A DNA stretch of 64,000 nucleotides from a virus. Of the stretch, positions 21,893-32,462 are shown piece by piece. Under the pieces are notes generated by a model, which did not search any database, had not been told where the DNA came from, and saw only the letters and a program-made list of their open reading frames with translations. Location of the stretch: positions 32,001 to 96,000 of IMG/VR virus record IMGVR_UViG_3300044530_000662. One strand, given 5' to 3'. Positions within the stretch are counted from its first letter, which is position 1, and the number at the start of each line of letters is the position of its first letter. Made by a program: the position numbers and the translations under genes.

Positions 21893-24800
21893 TACCTTGG
21901 AGAGTATTGATTTTTACTATCTACTGTTTTTAATATCATATTGACATTACCAGATATTTCTTTTCTTAAAGATAAGAAATGTGTATAGTGTCTAAACTTC
22001 TTTCTTTGAAGTTGAGCTTTATTATAGTCTATATTTACTAAGTTAAGTTCTCTTGTGTAACCATCAGGTTTACTATTCCAAATTAACTGTTGTACATAGT
22101 TACCTAATAATACAGTTGTGTTAGGTACAAGAGGTCCTTGTGGAGGATAACCGGCACCAACTGGAAACTCACCTCTATTGTTTGTTACATCCCAGAATTG
22201 ATTAAACCTGTATTTGTTTTCTTCTTTAGAAAATAATATATCAAATCCAGGAACACCAGTAACACTAGGTAATCCAGTAACAGGATTAGTAAATATCATT
22301 GGTATTGAAGGATTAAACTTAGGATAGTTTAAACTCAATACTATATTGTTCTTAGGGAATATATTTAAGTTTAAGTATCCGGAAACTTGTTCTGAATTAT
22401 AAATTACAGCATTGTCAAAGTTAAAGTCTAATACATGAAACTGGTCAACACAATTACTAGCTCTTGTATAACATTCTAGTATATACTCAAATGATTTTAC
22501 AACAGTAGGAGTTTGCCCAGTAATAATAGGGAACTCAATTTCAAATGGATAATTAACACCATAGTAGTTACAGTACTGTTGACAATTAAAATTATGTTTC
22601 CATATAGTCTCCATCTTAGTAGTTAAGAATACTGTTTTAGTTGGTATAACTAAATCTGGATGCCAGTCATGATATGATATCCAAAATTCATTTTTTGGAT
22701 CATAACTTATTGTCCATGAAGCACTGTCAAATAGTTTTGGATCTCCAATTAAATAACGTCCAGCACCATCTAATGTAAAGTAATCTCCTGTTCCTTTTTG
22801 TACAGCTGCTCCATTTGAATTAACATAACACTCTTTTACAAAAGGAATATATTCTACTCTATCAGCTAGTTCTGGTTTAACATCATAATCTTTTTTACAG
22901 AAATACAATATAGAGTTTTCATTATCATATACTGCTTGGATGCCAATACCTGCTACTGGATTATCTTGCCATTCATAATTTGGAAAATGTTGTGTTAATT
23001 TATATTTTAAAAATAATGAGAACCACCATTTTAAACCTATCTGAGATATCTCTTTTAAACCTTCACCATAACTAAATATTTTACCTTGGTTTTGTGACAC
23101 ATAAAAAAGTCCAGCAGGTGTAGACACAACAGATAATCTATTTTGAGAAGAACCATACTCATATGGTTTATCTGCATTAGATACAGATTGTCCAGGTTGA
23201 CTAAATAAACCTCCGTCACCTATAGTAATCTTAGTTCCAAGAGCTGTATTAAGTGTATCAACACCTTGAAACATTTGAGGCATATCATTTTTAAACGTGA
23301 TAAATAAACCACTTTTATTAATAGATTTTACACCAGAGATTTGAGACTTAAATTCTCTATAGTTATTTGCTAAATATACAAACCAACTATCTTTAAATGA
23401 TTGATCTTGTTGTGGTAATGAATAGTATATTGTGTCTGGTAAGTATGTGTAACAAAGTTTAGCTACAGCAGGATTATAATAAGGACTCTGTAAGGCACCA
23501 GAAGAAAAGTATTCTGTAAACAGTTTACTTATACTTAATGAGTAATCATATCTGTATGTATTACCTCTAGTAATGTTTTGAGGATCAATATCAAACATTC
23601 TTGTTAACTCTGTATAGTTATATGGGTTATAATGTTTTTCCCATTCATAATCACCAGCAATTCTAAAATCTACAAGTACATCTGATTCTACAAAGAAATC
23701 TCTTACAGAAGAACATGCTAAATAAAAGTTAGCATTTTTTGCTCTAAACAAACCTGGGTAACCACCAATAGGAAAGTCACTTGAATAACTATAATACCTT
23801 GATGAGTTTTTATAATAATCTAAATTATAGAAACTGGTTGGTAAATCTCCTGTTCCTGGAGTTGTATTACCATTTGCAAAATCTGGAGCTAAATCTGATA
23901 CATCATAATCTTTTGAATTCATCCAGAATCTTGGTTGCGGAATCATTTGACGCAATAAGTAATTAAACTCAAATCCATCAGGTTGACCAAATAACCAGTC
24001 ATAGAAAAAGAACATACTATTCTTTTCTGTATATCTATTTACAAAAGTATCACCTCCAAAAAATACAGGTGATTGTCTTATTCTTTTGATTTTTGTATCT
24101 ACATTACAAGCAGCACATTTTGTACTTGCACCTGGTGTATCTTCTAATTGTCCTAAACTAAACTTCTGTTCACATGGAGTAATTACAATTTGTTTAACTC
24201 CTTGCAATTGACCATATTGATTTCCAAGTCTAATTTTCATACCAGCATAATGACTGGCAATAGGTGCTTGAAAAGGTGTATCAGTTTTTGTAAATGTTGG
24301 GATGTCTAAACTTGACCCAGTAATATTAGCTAAGGTGTCAGTTTTAATAATTCCATTTTGATTTAATCTACCTAGTGTTGTTAATGATTGATCTACATAA
24401 CTTACACCAGTTGGTTCAGTAATATAATTAGGACCAATAACATTATTATATAAAGGACCTGCATAGTTAGGACCAGCCTTTGTTCTTATTACAACTGTAT
24501 CAGATCTATTAAGGTTGTTTATACTATAGCTTGTGAGAGCATTATTATATTTATAATATGAAGGAACTTGTTGTATGTTACCTCTAATGTAAAAGCTATC
24601 TTCTATTTTAAATCTAAATAATCCATTAGCTGCATTGTTGCGTCTCATATCATCATAGAAACCATGAGCAATCATTTGTAATGCAAATTGATCTTCAGGT
24701 ATAAAAGCTTTTATTAAAGTTAATGTTGTTCTAGCACCTTCACTAAAATAAAATAATAATTGATTAGTTGCACCAAGTGCTCTACTAAAAGGATCTAAAT

Positions 24801-27417
24801 ATGCCCAATCAGGTAATGTATAACTGTATCTACTTCCTGATGCAGCTACCCCTCCTACTGCAACAGCACCTGCCATATAACCTTCAAGTGTTGTATCAAT
24901 TACACTTAAAACTGGAGTACTGCCTGTATAGGCCATAGAAAAAGAATCAAGTAAAGCACCGCCCGATGTAAAATATCTTGTTAATGCATTATTGTAACCT
25001 AGAGCTGGTATAAGACTTGAAGGTAAAACGTAGGGACTTACAGTATATGCAGCATTTGCAATACTTGCACCAACAATTTGAGCAGCAAAACTGACATCTC
25101 CTCCTAAGCCGGGAGTTGTATACTCAGCAGAAGTAATATCTATTTTACCTCTCATAGATATAATAGCTTCAATAAGACCTCCTATTGAAATTACAGCAAC
25201 AACAAGATCACTTAGTAATTTATTCTGTGGATGTTTGTTTGGTTCAATATATCTTTGATTAGATTGTCCTCTCAAATAACCATAGAGTTTTAATTCTGTA
25301 GATGATAAGAAAGGAGTATTAAACATAGTATCCGGAGAATGGAAACTTACCATATCCATCGGAACTGCTTGATCTAATACATTGTTATTATTACTAGGAC
25401 TTGGTATTCTAATATAAGGATCCATAAAAGGTCTATCATGATTATTTCCAGACCCTGTATTAAAAAATGAGTTAATTGTATTAAATGGATAGTTAGCATA
25501 TAAGCCTGTAGTAGGGTTTGCTTGATTAACCACTTGACCTTGTATATTATATGTTCTAAAGTTATTCAACATACCTTTAGCAATAATAGACTTGTTCCCT
25601 TCTCGGGAACCTCTTAGTATTTCATAACCTACTATACCAGGAATATCATTACCTTCATTATCTTTTGGATAAGAAATGTTTTCAAAGTATACTCCCATTA
25701 ATCTAATCTTTAAAGGATTAGGTGTATAAGGAGGATTTGGTTTAAAATGATTAGTTACAGCATTAGGTGTAGTATCCGTCATGTTGTCTGGAAACTTATG
25801 ATGTCTTATGGCTTGTCCACATAAATCATATTTAGTACTTTTTTTACCAAATACTCCTGTCCAACATTGATCACTAGCATTCCATATGTCAGGTCTATCA
25901 TCAGGATATTTTTCACTAGATTCCCAATAAGCCATACGACCAACAGCAATAACAGTACCTCCATCATCAGTTACTGAACCTACTACAGGATTACCAATAG
26001 GATCAACACTTGCTGTATTATATACTTCAAATATTTTATCATCTGGAGTTAAAGAATTTACACCATTATCATCATCATTCTCATATGTTGGACTAGCTGA
26101 TGTTGGATATCTTTCAGCAGCTCTTCCTGGAATATGATAGGATGAAGATTTATCTCCTGTATCATATACCCATCTAATAAAATAACAGTATACTTCATCT
26201 CTTAAATAGCTTCCTTTATTACCACCTTTTACATAATAGTCTGCTGGATATTCTACGGAAGCCCACTTAGCTTGAATAAGATTAGCAAAAGGTTGATAAT
26301 TAAAATCAAATTTAGAAGTAGGACCTACTCTTAGCAAGTAACTGTTTACTTCAGCTATTTGATCACACTTTTCAAACACTGGAGTTTGTAATGGTAGAAA
26401 TTGTAATGGTACAGATAATAAATCTGTTATAATTTGATCTATTGCAATTCTACTAGTCTTAGTAGAATAGGTACCAATTTGTTTTGCTACTGTTCCTTGG
26501 TTAATATTCTGAACAATGACTAATTGAAATTCATCAAAGTTTTCAAAGTCTGCTTCTACATCTATTACCAAAGATCCTTGTAAATCATTTGGATACCAGA
26601 TTGGTTGTGAATTACTTGGAGAAAAATAATCTGTAACTCTTTGACCTTTAATACTATATGCAATAGTAGCAAAGTAAGTTCCGTTTCTTAATGTTCCTCC
26701 TTGATCTCCTAATCTTACTTTAAGACATGGTGTTGACATAAGTCTTGCAAGTCTTATTTTATCACAATTTAAACTAGAGTCAAAAGTAATATAATCACAT
26801 GAACCTCCAGGTTTTACAAATTCATTCCATGCAACACCAGGCCATAATATTCTATTGGTACCATCAGAATAATAATTTATAGTAGGTTGACCTAACCACA
26901 CATAAGGAGCTTTTGGCCATGTCTGTGGATCTCCTACATTTAAAAATCTATCTGGATTATTTGCATCAGCCCAATATACTTGCCAAGTACAATCTTCTTT
27001 TTCTCTTGCTGAACCAGATATAAGATATCTTTTATCAAATCCTAAACAAGCATCTTGAACAATAGGTCTATATGTACAGGTATCTGTTTCAAGTAAACCA
27101 ATTTCTGACATAACGCTACCACCTTTAATTCCGTGACCAGCTGTAAAGATTATCCATTTATCAGAAAATAATTGTATTGCACCTATGATGTATTTTTTTA
27201 CTACACTAATAGGCATTGTTGATCCTGCTGTAATACATAAAAAGTTTGCACTCTCATTTGATATTGTACCCAAGTCACCTTCTTCTGTATTGTTTACAAC
27301 ATTACGGGCATGAGTCCACATACCTTCTTGTATAAAGGTAGTGTCAGCATCTTTATTTAAACCTTTAGTAAAACTACGGTTGATAATTTGTGTTGTGTTT
27401 TGCATTCCTTTTGCCAT
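21892..27417 (-). CDS. Tail stabilisation / muzzle-type protein (crAss-like Tstab), 1841 aa
   Basis: N-terminus FTKGLNKD...ARNV and C-terminal WTISY...WISYHDW.P.../Y.GVNYPFEIEF segments resemble crAss-like tail stabilisation proteins; follows two ring-type genes. Confidence 0.7.
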   Translation of the reverse strand: MAKGMQNTTQIINRSFTKGLNKDADTTFIQEGMWTHARNVVNNTEEGDLGTISNESANFLCITAGSTMPISVVKKYIIGAIQLFSDKWIIFTAGHGIKGGSVMSEIGLLETDTCTYRPIVQDACLGFDKRYLISGSAREKEDCTWQVYWADANNPDRFLNVGDPQTWPKAPYVWLGQPTINYYSDGTNRILWPGVAWNEFVKPGGSCDYITFDSSLNCDKIRLARLMSTPCLKVRLGDQGGTLRNGTYFATIAYSIKGQRVTDYFSPSNSQPIWYPNDLQGSLVIDVEADFENFDEFQLVIVQNINQGTVAKQIGTYSTKTSRIAIDQIITDLLSVPLQFLPLQTPVFEKCDQIAEVNSYLLRVGPTSKFDFNYQPFANLIQAKWASVEYPADYYVKGGNKGSYLRDEVYCYFIRWVYDTGDKSSSYHIPGRAAERYPTSASPTYENDDDNGVNSLTPDDKIFEVYNTASVDPIGNPVVGSVTDDGGTVIAVGRMAYWESSEKYPDDRPDIWNASDQCWTGVFGKKSTKYDLCGQAIRHHKFPDNMTDTTPNAVTNHFKPNPPYTPNPLKIRLMGVYFENISYPKDNEGNDIPGIVGYEILRGSREGNKSIIAKGMLNNFRTYNIQGQVVNQANPTTGLYANYPFNTINSFFNTGSGNNHDRPFMDPYIRIPSPSNNNNVLDQAVPMDMVSFHSPDTMFNTPFLSSTELKLYGYLRGQSNQRYIEPNKHPQNKLLSDLVVAVISIGGLIEAIISMRGKIDITSAEYTTPGLGGDVSFAAQIVGASIANAAYTVSPYVLPSSLIPALGYNNALTRYFTSGGALLDSFSMAYTGSTPVLSVIDTTLEGYMAGAVAVGGVAASGSRYSYTLPDWAYLDPFSRALGATNQLLFYFSEGARTTLTLIKAFIPEDQFALQMIAHGFYDDMRRNNAANGLFRFKIEDSFYIRGNIQQVPSYYKYNNALTSYSINNLNRSDTVVIRTKAGPNYAGPLYNNVIGPNYITEPTGVSYVDQSLTTLGRLNQNGIIKTDTLANITGSSLDIPTFTKTDTPFQAPIASHYAGMKIRLGNQYGQLQGVKQIVITPCEQKFSLGQLEDTPGASTKCAACNVDTKIKRIRQSPVFFGGDTFVNRYTEKNSMFFFYDWLFGQPDGFEFNYLLRQMIPQPRFWMNSKDYDVSDLAPDFANGNTTPGTGDLPTSFYNLDYYKNSSRYYSYSSDFPIGGYPGLFRAKNANFYLACSSVRDFFVESDVLVDFRIAGDYEWEKHYNPYNYTELTRMFDIDPQNITRGNTYRYDYSLSISKLFTEYFSSGALQSPYYNPAVAKLCYTYLPDTIYYSLPQQDQSFKDSWFVYLANNYREFKSQISGVKSINKSGLFITFKNDMPQMFQGVDTLNTALGTKITIGDGGLFSQPGQSVSNADKPYEYGSSQNRLSVVSTPAGLFYVSQNQGKIFSYGEGLKEISQIGLKWWFSLFLKYKLTQHFPNYEWQDNPVAGIGIQAVYDNENSILYFCKKDYDVKPELADRVEYIPFVKECYVNSNGAAVQKGTGDYFTLDGAGRYLIGDPKLFDSASWTISYDPKNEFWISYHDWHPDLVIPTKTVFLTTKMETIWKHNFNCQQYCNYYGVNYPFEIEFPIITGQTPTVVKSFEYILECYTRASNCVDQFHVLDFNFDNAVIYNSEQVSGYLNLNIFPKNNIVLSLNYPKFNPSIPMIFTNPVTGLPSVTGVPGFDILFSKEENKYRFNQFWDVTNNRGEFPVGAGYPPQGPLVPNTTVLLGNYVQQLIWNSKPDGYTRELNLVNIDYNKAQLQRKKFRHYTHFLSLRKEISGNVNMILKTVDSKNQYSPR

Positions 27418-28448
27418 TATCTCAAAGTTGTATTGCGTCCAAAATAACCATTATACCCTTGGTATGATTTAAACATATCATAATACTTAGAGTATTGTGC
27501 TCTTCTGTTTGTCCACCATAGTTTCTCCATCTCTTTAAAGTTTGGAGTATTAACTAGGCTAAGTGCTTGACTTCTAGCTGCTTTTAATCTTTGTTCAAGT
27601 AATGTCATTCTTTGAGCAACATCTTCACCATTTAGAAATAGGTTTTCCATGATTCTCATTTTTAATGCATACTCATAATATTCATTTAATAAATCATGAT
27701 CAGGAACTAAAAGCTGTCCTTGCTCATTCTCCATTAAACCTTGATAGTTAAGATATACTTTACCATCTTGAAATGTAGTAAACAAATATCCATTCTTAAT
27801 CCAACCTTCATTAGGTCCATTGTAATATAAGTTAGGACATTCACATTCTATTTCTTGACTAGCTTTTAATCTTAAAGGAATTAATCCAGTATATGTATAA
27901 TAGTTTGAATTAGTTATTACTTGGATTAGTTCATACTTGTCTCCTTTACAGTTCATAAAAACTCTTGGTGGAATACATGTATCACCATATGGATTATTTG
28001 GATCATATGATGTTGGTATTGGATCTACTATAGGGTGATTAAGATCACAACCTGCTGTATGATTACACGGATTAGCATTACATGTTCTACAGTTAACACT
28101 TATGGGAGCACAAGTATCAACAGTACTTGGAACTTCTACATAGGGTATCTCTTGTATATTAGTACCGCCCTGTGGGTATCCTGTATGTTGTGTATATTGA
28201 CCACACACCATTGCATAGTTAACTGTATAAAAATTATCAGGTAATTTTACTTTACCATGACATACATCAAGTACAGCTTCTTTTGTTTGATTAATTCTAA
28301 GACCTAAATCATAATTAAGTTTTTTTACAAGCTTAATTAATTGTTGAGGCTCAATCATATTTTCAAGAGCAAATGAATTTAGATCAACTGTTACATCTTC
28401 AAGTAACTGATCAAATGTACGGTATTTAAGTGTGTAGTTAAAATCCAT
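27417..28448 (-). CDS. Tail ring / tubular-type protein with Cys-rich insertion, 343 aa
   Basis: ORF track; position directly before Tstab. The C-terminal VYLNYQG...LLVPD...EYYEYALKMRI segment is typical of adaptor/ring proteins. Inference. Confidence 0.55.
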   Translation of the reverse strand: MDFNYTLKYRTFDQLLEDVTVDLNSFALENMIEPQQLIKLVKKLNYDLGLRINQTKEAVLDVCHGKVKLPDNFYTVNYAMVCGQYTQHTGYPQGGTNIQEIPYVEVPSTVDTCAPISVNCRTCNANPCNHTAGCDLNHPIVDPIPTSYDPNNPYGDTCIPPRVFMNCKGDKYELIQVITNSNYYTYTGLIPLRLKASQEIECECPNLYYNGPNEGWIKNGYLFTTFQDGKVYLNYQGLMENEQGQLLVPDHDLLNEYYEYALKMRIMENLFLNGEDVAQRMTLLEQRLKAARSQALSLVNTPNFKEMEKLWWTNRRAQYSKYYDMFKSYQGYNGYFGRNTTLR

Positions 28449-29110
28449 TATCTAAGAGCATTTTGGCTGTCATCAGGACCATCACTTGGAACTGACATTG
28501 ACATTGTTAATTCTTTTACTACATATTGTTCTACTTCTGCAAACAAGTATTCAGGAATATTTAATATTTCATCTTGTTGAATCAAGCATGGTTCTGTATC
28601 ACATTTTACTGTATTGTTTTCAAAGATTGCTTCCATTCTTATTGCATCCCAATCAATATTAGGACAGTATACATATCCGTTAAGATACCAGAAGTAAGGT
28701 CTTGTGTTATACTTAAATGTTGTTGTTCTAGTCATGGATACCCAAGTGCCTGGATCAGTTCTAAACATTTCAATACTACCATCAATAGATGAAGTAGTTC
28801 TTATTATAGGACCAAACATACCATTAAGTATACTAGGTAATTTATCTTTAGATCTTTTGAAGTAACATTCTGAATAAACACCAACACATCCAGCTTCAAC
28901 TTTATCAACATCAATTAATTCTATGTAGGGAAGTACTTGAAATATCTGACTCATCTTCATTAACCTAAATTGATTATCCTCTCTCTTAATAAGAGTCTGA
29001 GAATATTTCATTAAAGAAAAGTAAATAGTCCTGTCAGTTAAAAAGGGATCCTCTTTAACAGCTTTTAAAGTATTTCTTACTCTTGATATTGCTTCACCTA
29101 TTGTTGTCAT
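28448..29110 (-). CDS. Tail ring / adaptor-type structural protein, 220 aa
   Basis: ORF track; YFWYLNGYVY beta segment and C-terminal IPEYLFAEVEQYV; synteny. Confidence 0.5.
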   Translation of the reverse strand: MTTIGEAISRVRNTLKAVKEDPFLTDRTIYFSLMKYSQTLIKREDNQFRLMKMSQIFQVLPYIELIDVDKVEAGCVGVYSECYFKRSKDKLPSILNGMFGPIIRTTSSIDGSIEMFRTDPGTWVSMTRTTTFKYNTRPYFWYLNGYVYCPNIDWDAIRMEAIFENNTVKCDTEPCLIQQDEILNIPEYLFAEVEQYVVKELTMSMSVPSDGPDDSQNALR

Positions 29111-29688
29111 AAGTTAAATTCATTATATGTTGTCAAGGCTTCTGCCTGTTTTTTAAGGGCATAATGCTTCTTAAAGAAGTTTTGATATGTTATTCTTATT
29201 TTAGCATTAGGTTCAACTACCACATACATATTCCAATTTTCAGGATATGTTTTTGCTACAGCTCTTTTAAATTCTCTGCATGCTACAAATTTCCAATACT
29301 CCTTATTTTTCATTTTTATTTTAGGAGCATAATTTGTATAAAATATTTTAGCTAGTTTTCCATCAGTAGCCCAGTTATTATTTGATACAGCCATTCCGTA
29401 TGTATGAGATTTGGCAAAGTCTATATTCTTTTTCTTGCTTTGCTGACAAGTCCCTATAAATAACCAACCAATTGATTCTGGTAATTGCACACCATCTCTT
29501 GTATTAATAACTGTTTGATATACAGTTTGATTAAATAGTTTAGCTATTTGTTTCAATGTTGCATTATCAAAGTGTTTATACTTTGGATACCTATTTCTAA
29601 AATTTTCAAAGAACTCATTATTTAGAACATTATATACATCTGGTCTAAATCTTGGAGCTTTAACATCTGGTTTTTTAATTTCCTTCAT
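29107..29688 (-). CDS. HU/IHF-like DNA-binding protein with extension, 193 aa
   Basis: Helix-helix followed by DGVQLPESIGWLFIG, resembling the HU VxLxxFGxF strand; crAss-like phages carry IHF-like genes in the tail module. Confidence 0.55.
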   Translation of the reverse strand: MKEIKKPDVKAPRFRPDVYNVLNNEFFENFRNRYPKYKHFDNATLKQIAKLFNQTVYQTVINTRDGVQLPESIGWLFIGTCQQSKKKNIDFAKSHTYGMAVSNNNWATDGKLAKIFYTNYAPKIKMKNKEYWKFVACREFKRAVAKTYPENWNMYVVVEPNAKIRITYQNFFKKHYALKKQAEALTTYNEFNL

Positions 29689-29699
29689 GCTACTATATT

Positions 29700-29712
29700 A
29701 ATATACTAAAAA
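29700..29712 (-). promoter_or_regulatory. Putative late promoter element TTTTTAGTATATT
   Basis: Identical 13-mer at 62392-62404; lies 11 nt upstream of the 29688 start and just after a terminator. Confidence 0.55.
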
Positions 29713-29736
29713 TAAATGACTTTAACAAATGTACAT

Positions 29737-29770
29737 AAAAAACAAAACCCCCACAAGTGTGAGGGCTTTG
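29737..29770 (-). terminator. Rho-independent terminator
   Basis: Minus strand CAAAGCCCTCAC-ACTT-GTGGGGGTTTTG: 12-bp stem with G-U pairs, followed by a T-run. Confidence 0.75.
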
Positions 29771-29817
29771 CCGTTGTTGTTACAGAAACCAACAAACCGT
29801 AACTTCTTTTAATACAG

Positions 29818-29926
29818 AATAATGTTATGGGCACGCCTATAATCAGGTATACACCTAGGTGCGTACTTATAATCAGGCAATCTCCTTGGAGATCAATTAT
29901 CATCAAGCACTACCCATAACATTATT
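29818..29926. ncRNA. Candidate structured non-coding element (three-way junction RNA or DNA protein-binding array)
   Basis: Perfect 14-bp inverted repeat at 29818-29831/29913-29926. It encloses three 10-mers TAT(A/C)ATCA(G/A)G at 29838, 29868 and 29898, separated by palindromic spacers. Confidence 0.5.
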
Positions 29927-29937
29927 GTGCATATTAG

Positions 29938-30888
29938 TTAATGATTAAAATGTTTAATATTAGTAGGATCATGATTTATTGCATATGAAACATAAGAAGG
30001 ACCACCAATAGTCAATCTAAACTTCACTATTTTACATTGAATACTTGCTGTTAATGGACCAAATATAATTGGATATTTTGAATTTGGATCTGGATTTTCA
30101 ATACCAATTGCAAATCTAAAATACACTGATCTGTTTGGACTATCTCTTTTTCTTCCTCTTACATAATATTTTGCTAACTGATCCCATAAAACTGTATTAT
30201 TAAATGGTGCTGGTAATGAGTCAGAAATGAGTGAACAAATATAAAATTCTCCTGGATTAAAATCAGTTAGTAATTGTCTTTCATAAGGTTCAGTTATTGT
30301 TAAAGGAAACTCTGAATGTGTAGGACATAATGTAGTTCCACTATAAAAATTACCGTTTGGAAAATTTATACCTTGCATGTGAGTAGTATGTTTCCATCCA
30401 CCATGGTAATACTTTTTTTGTGAATCATCATTAATATCACGCACTTTTCTATTCTTTCCATTTTTCTTTACAAAAAGATAAATCTTAGGATTATAGTCTA
30501 AGTATGCATTAGATTCAGTACCAGGTAATATTGAAGCATGCAATAACTTACCTGCTTGTGATTGTATAGTTAATTGTGGTATTTGAATACCAGAGCCTCC
30601 TGAATTATTACAAAAATAATCAACTATACTTTCTAAAGCTTCAGCTACTGTATCATTAGTATTTACAATAGGTCCTGCAGGTGCAGGATTAGGTTCAGGT
30701 GCAGCATTAAATGTTTGAGCTACTGTACATGATAAAGGTAATCCTGTATATCTTACACATTGTGCATCAAATATTTCAGAGCATGGTTGTGGAGTAGGAC
30801 ATCCTATTGGTGTAGGACATGGAGCAGGACTAACCATAAAGCTATCCTGACATCCGCATTTCTTACATGTATTATTTGTTGTTGTCAT
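29938..30888 (-). CDS. Fibre-like protein with Cys-rich N-terminal anchor and variable C-terminal domain, 316 aa
   Basis: CKKCGCQD...PCSEIFDAQCVRYTG N-terminus is paralogous to CSPISSNCVIWQG of the next gene. Confidence 0.5.
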   Translation of the reverse strand: MTTTNNTCKKCGCQDSFMVSPAPCPTPIGCPTPQPCSEIFDAQCVRYTGLPLSCTVAQTFNAAPEPNPAPAGPIVNTNDTVAEALESIVDYFCNNSGGSGIQIPQLTIQSQAGKLLHASILPGTESNAYLDYNPKIYLFVKKNGKNRKVRDINDDSQKKYYHGGWKHTTHMQGINFPNGNFYSGTTLCPTHSEFPLTITEPYERQLLTDFNPGEFYICSLISDSLPAPFNNTVLWDQLAKYYVRGRKRDSPNRSVYFRFAIGIENPDPNSKYPIIFGPLTASIQCKIVKFRLTIGGPSYVSYAINHDPTNIKHFNH

Positions 30889-30905
30889 AGTTTAATTTTT
30901 TAAAA

Positions 30906-32441
30906 TTATGGACAAACTGTAGTAGTTAAACCATCTTTTAATTTTACAATAGAAAAAGAAATACCATCGGCACCAGCATAACCTGTACCATCATAATTTC
31001 TATTTGTTGTATTTAATACCTTTACTCTAAAAGTTGCACCTGCATTAGCTACTAAAACTTGTGAAACAGATATTTCTACATTTCTATCTATACTTGGTAT
31101 TAAAGCTTGACCTTGAGCAACATAAACATCTGTATTATTATTAGGATGTATACCTAATAAAAAAGAACCTATATCTGTTGAAACAGTTCCTGACCAAAAT
31201 ACTGTACTACCATTATCAGGTTTTAAATGGACTCTAGCATTAATTAAGTAAGTACCTGGATCGTTTATTGTAAATAAACCATTATCATTATCAAAGGTAC
31301 CAAATGATATAGTTGGTATACAACTATTAGTTACATAGTTACCACTTCCAAGAGCAGCTGTAACAAAGTTTTTATTTACCCCAATACTTGTATATTTAGA
31401 AATAACTTGTCCTTTTGTTACACCATCAACACTTGAAGGTACTACTTTAGGAATAACACCTGAATCTGGAGCGTATGTATTTTTAATAGTAAGATTTGCT
31501 ACAAATGTTTCTAAATAATCATTAGTAACTGTATAAGTTGTTTCATTACCAACAGTAACTGGTGTAACAAGTATGCCTTCTCCTGCTGCTACAACACTTG
31601 TTGGAAGATCCGTTACATATTCTCTAATATCACATATAGCAATCCAAATGTTATTTATTGCATTTGATACTGATGGAGATGATCCAAGAGTAGCTGCATT
31701 AATCCAGCTTCCAGAATAGTATGCACTAAAACTATTTAGAGCAGGTAAAGCTGCTAATGCTTGATCACTATCAGCAATACATTGAGATAATACTGCATCA
31801 TTTATTTCTGCAGGAGTTCCTGTAGAACTAAGCAATGCACAATAACCCAATGTATTATCATTCATAAGAGCTTCAACTATTGCATCTAAGGGTTGATCAC
31901 CTGTTAATATACAGTCTACACTAAATGAAGGTAATGTATATGTAGCAATGTTATCTATTTGAAACTGAAGATCATTTAAAGTATTATTGATTACACCTAT
32001 TTGATTATTAATTGAGTCTATTTCTAAAACTATACTACATACTCTATTAGCAATCATTTGAACATAGTCTACTAATTGCATAGTAGTTGCAGTACCTTGA
32101 ATAAAACAATCTGCTACAACAACTACACAATCAGGACAACCTGATGATTTTGGTGTATCTACAACAACACCATTAGCTTCACAAATTTTATTAATCAATA
32201 ATTGTATTAAAGCTTGAAAGTCTTCTGGAGGACATGCTGTTAAGTTAAAACAAGATAAGTCATAATTAGAAACATTCAACTGTTCCATAATTGTACATAA
32301 CTCTGTGCCTAATTTATATACAATATCAGATACTGTATCTCCAGTACATATTTTAATGCATGGGATATCCGGTCCTTGCCAAATAACACAGTTACTTGAT
32401 ATTGGGCTACACGGTCTATTATCTAAGTTTAGTGGCTTCAT
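30906..32441 (-). CDS. Tail fibre protein with Cys-rich N-terminus, coiled coil and C1q/TNF-like C-terminal head, 511 aa
   Basis: Heptad stretch EIDSINNQIGVINNTLNDLQFQI; FDNDNGLFTINDPGTYLINARV matches the C1q-like FT.P..G.Y.f pattern. Confidence 0.6.
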   Translation of the reverse strand: MKPLNLDNRPCSPISSNCVIWQGPDIPCIKICTGDTVSDIVYKLGTELCTIMEQLNVSNYDLSCFNLTACPPEDFQALIQLLINKICEANGVVVDTPKSSGCPDCVVVVADCFIQGTATTMQLVDYVQMIANRVCSIVLEIDSINNQIGVINNTLNDLQFQIDNIATYTLPSFSVDCILTGDQPLDAIVEALMNDNTLGYCALLSSTGTPAEINDAVLSQCIADSDQALAALPALNSFSAYYSGSWINAATLGSSPSVSNAINNIWIAICDIREYVTDLPTSVVAAGEGILVTPVTVGNETTYTVTNDYLETFVANLTIKNTYAPDSGVIPKVVPSSVDGVTKGQVISKYTSIGVNKNFVTAALGSGNYVTNSCIPTISFGTFDNDNGLFTINDPGTYLINARVHLKPDNGSTVFWSGTVSTDIGSFLLGIHPNNNTDVYVAQGQALIPSIDRNVEISVSQVLVANAGATFRVKVLNTTNRNYDGTGYAGADGISFSIVKLKDGLTTTVCP

Positions 32442-32462
32442 ATTATAATATAATAATTATTA

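Noticed and set aside
29838-29907. Mini-CRISPR array reading of the 30-nt periodic repeat
   Set aside because: Repeats are only 10 nt, spacers 20 nt and self-complementary, and the whole is enclosed by a long stem; this does not fit CRISPR geometry.
29818-29926. Hammerhead ribozyme or C/D-box RNA (CUGAU-like motifs on the minus strand)
   Set aside because: No GAAA core or correctly placed cleavage triplet; CUGAUUA deviates from CUGAUGA; box C/D-like words are not arranged as a terminal pair.
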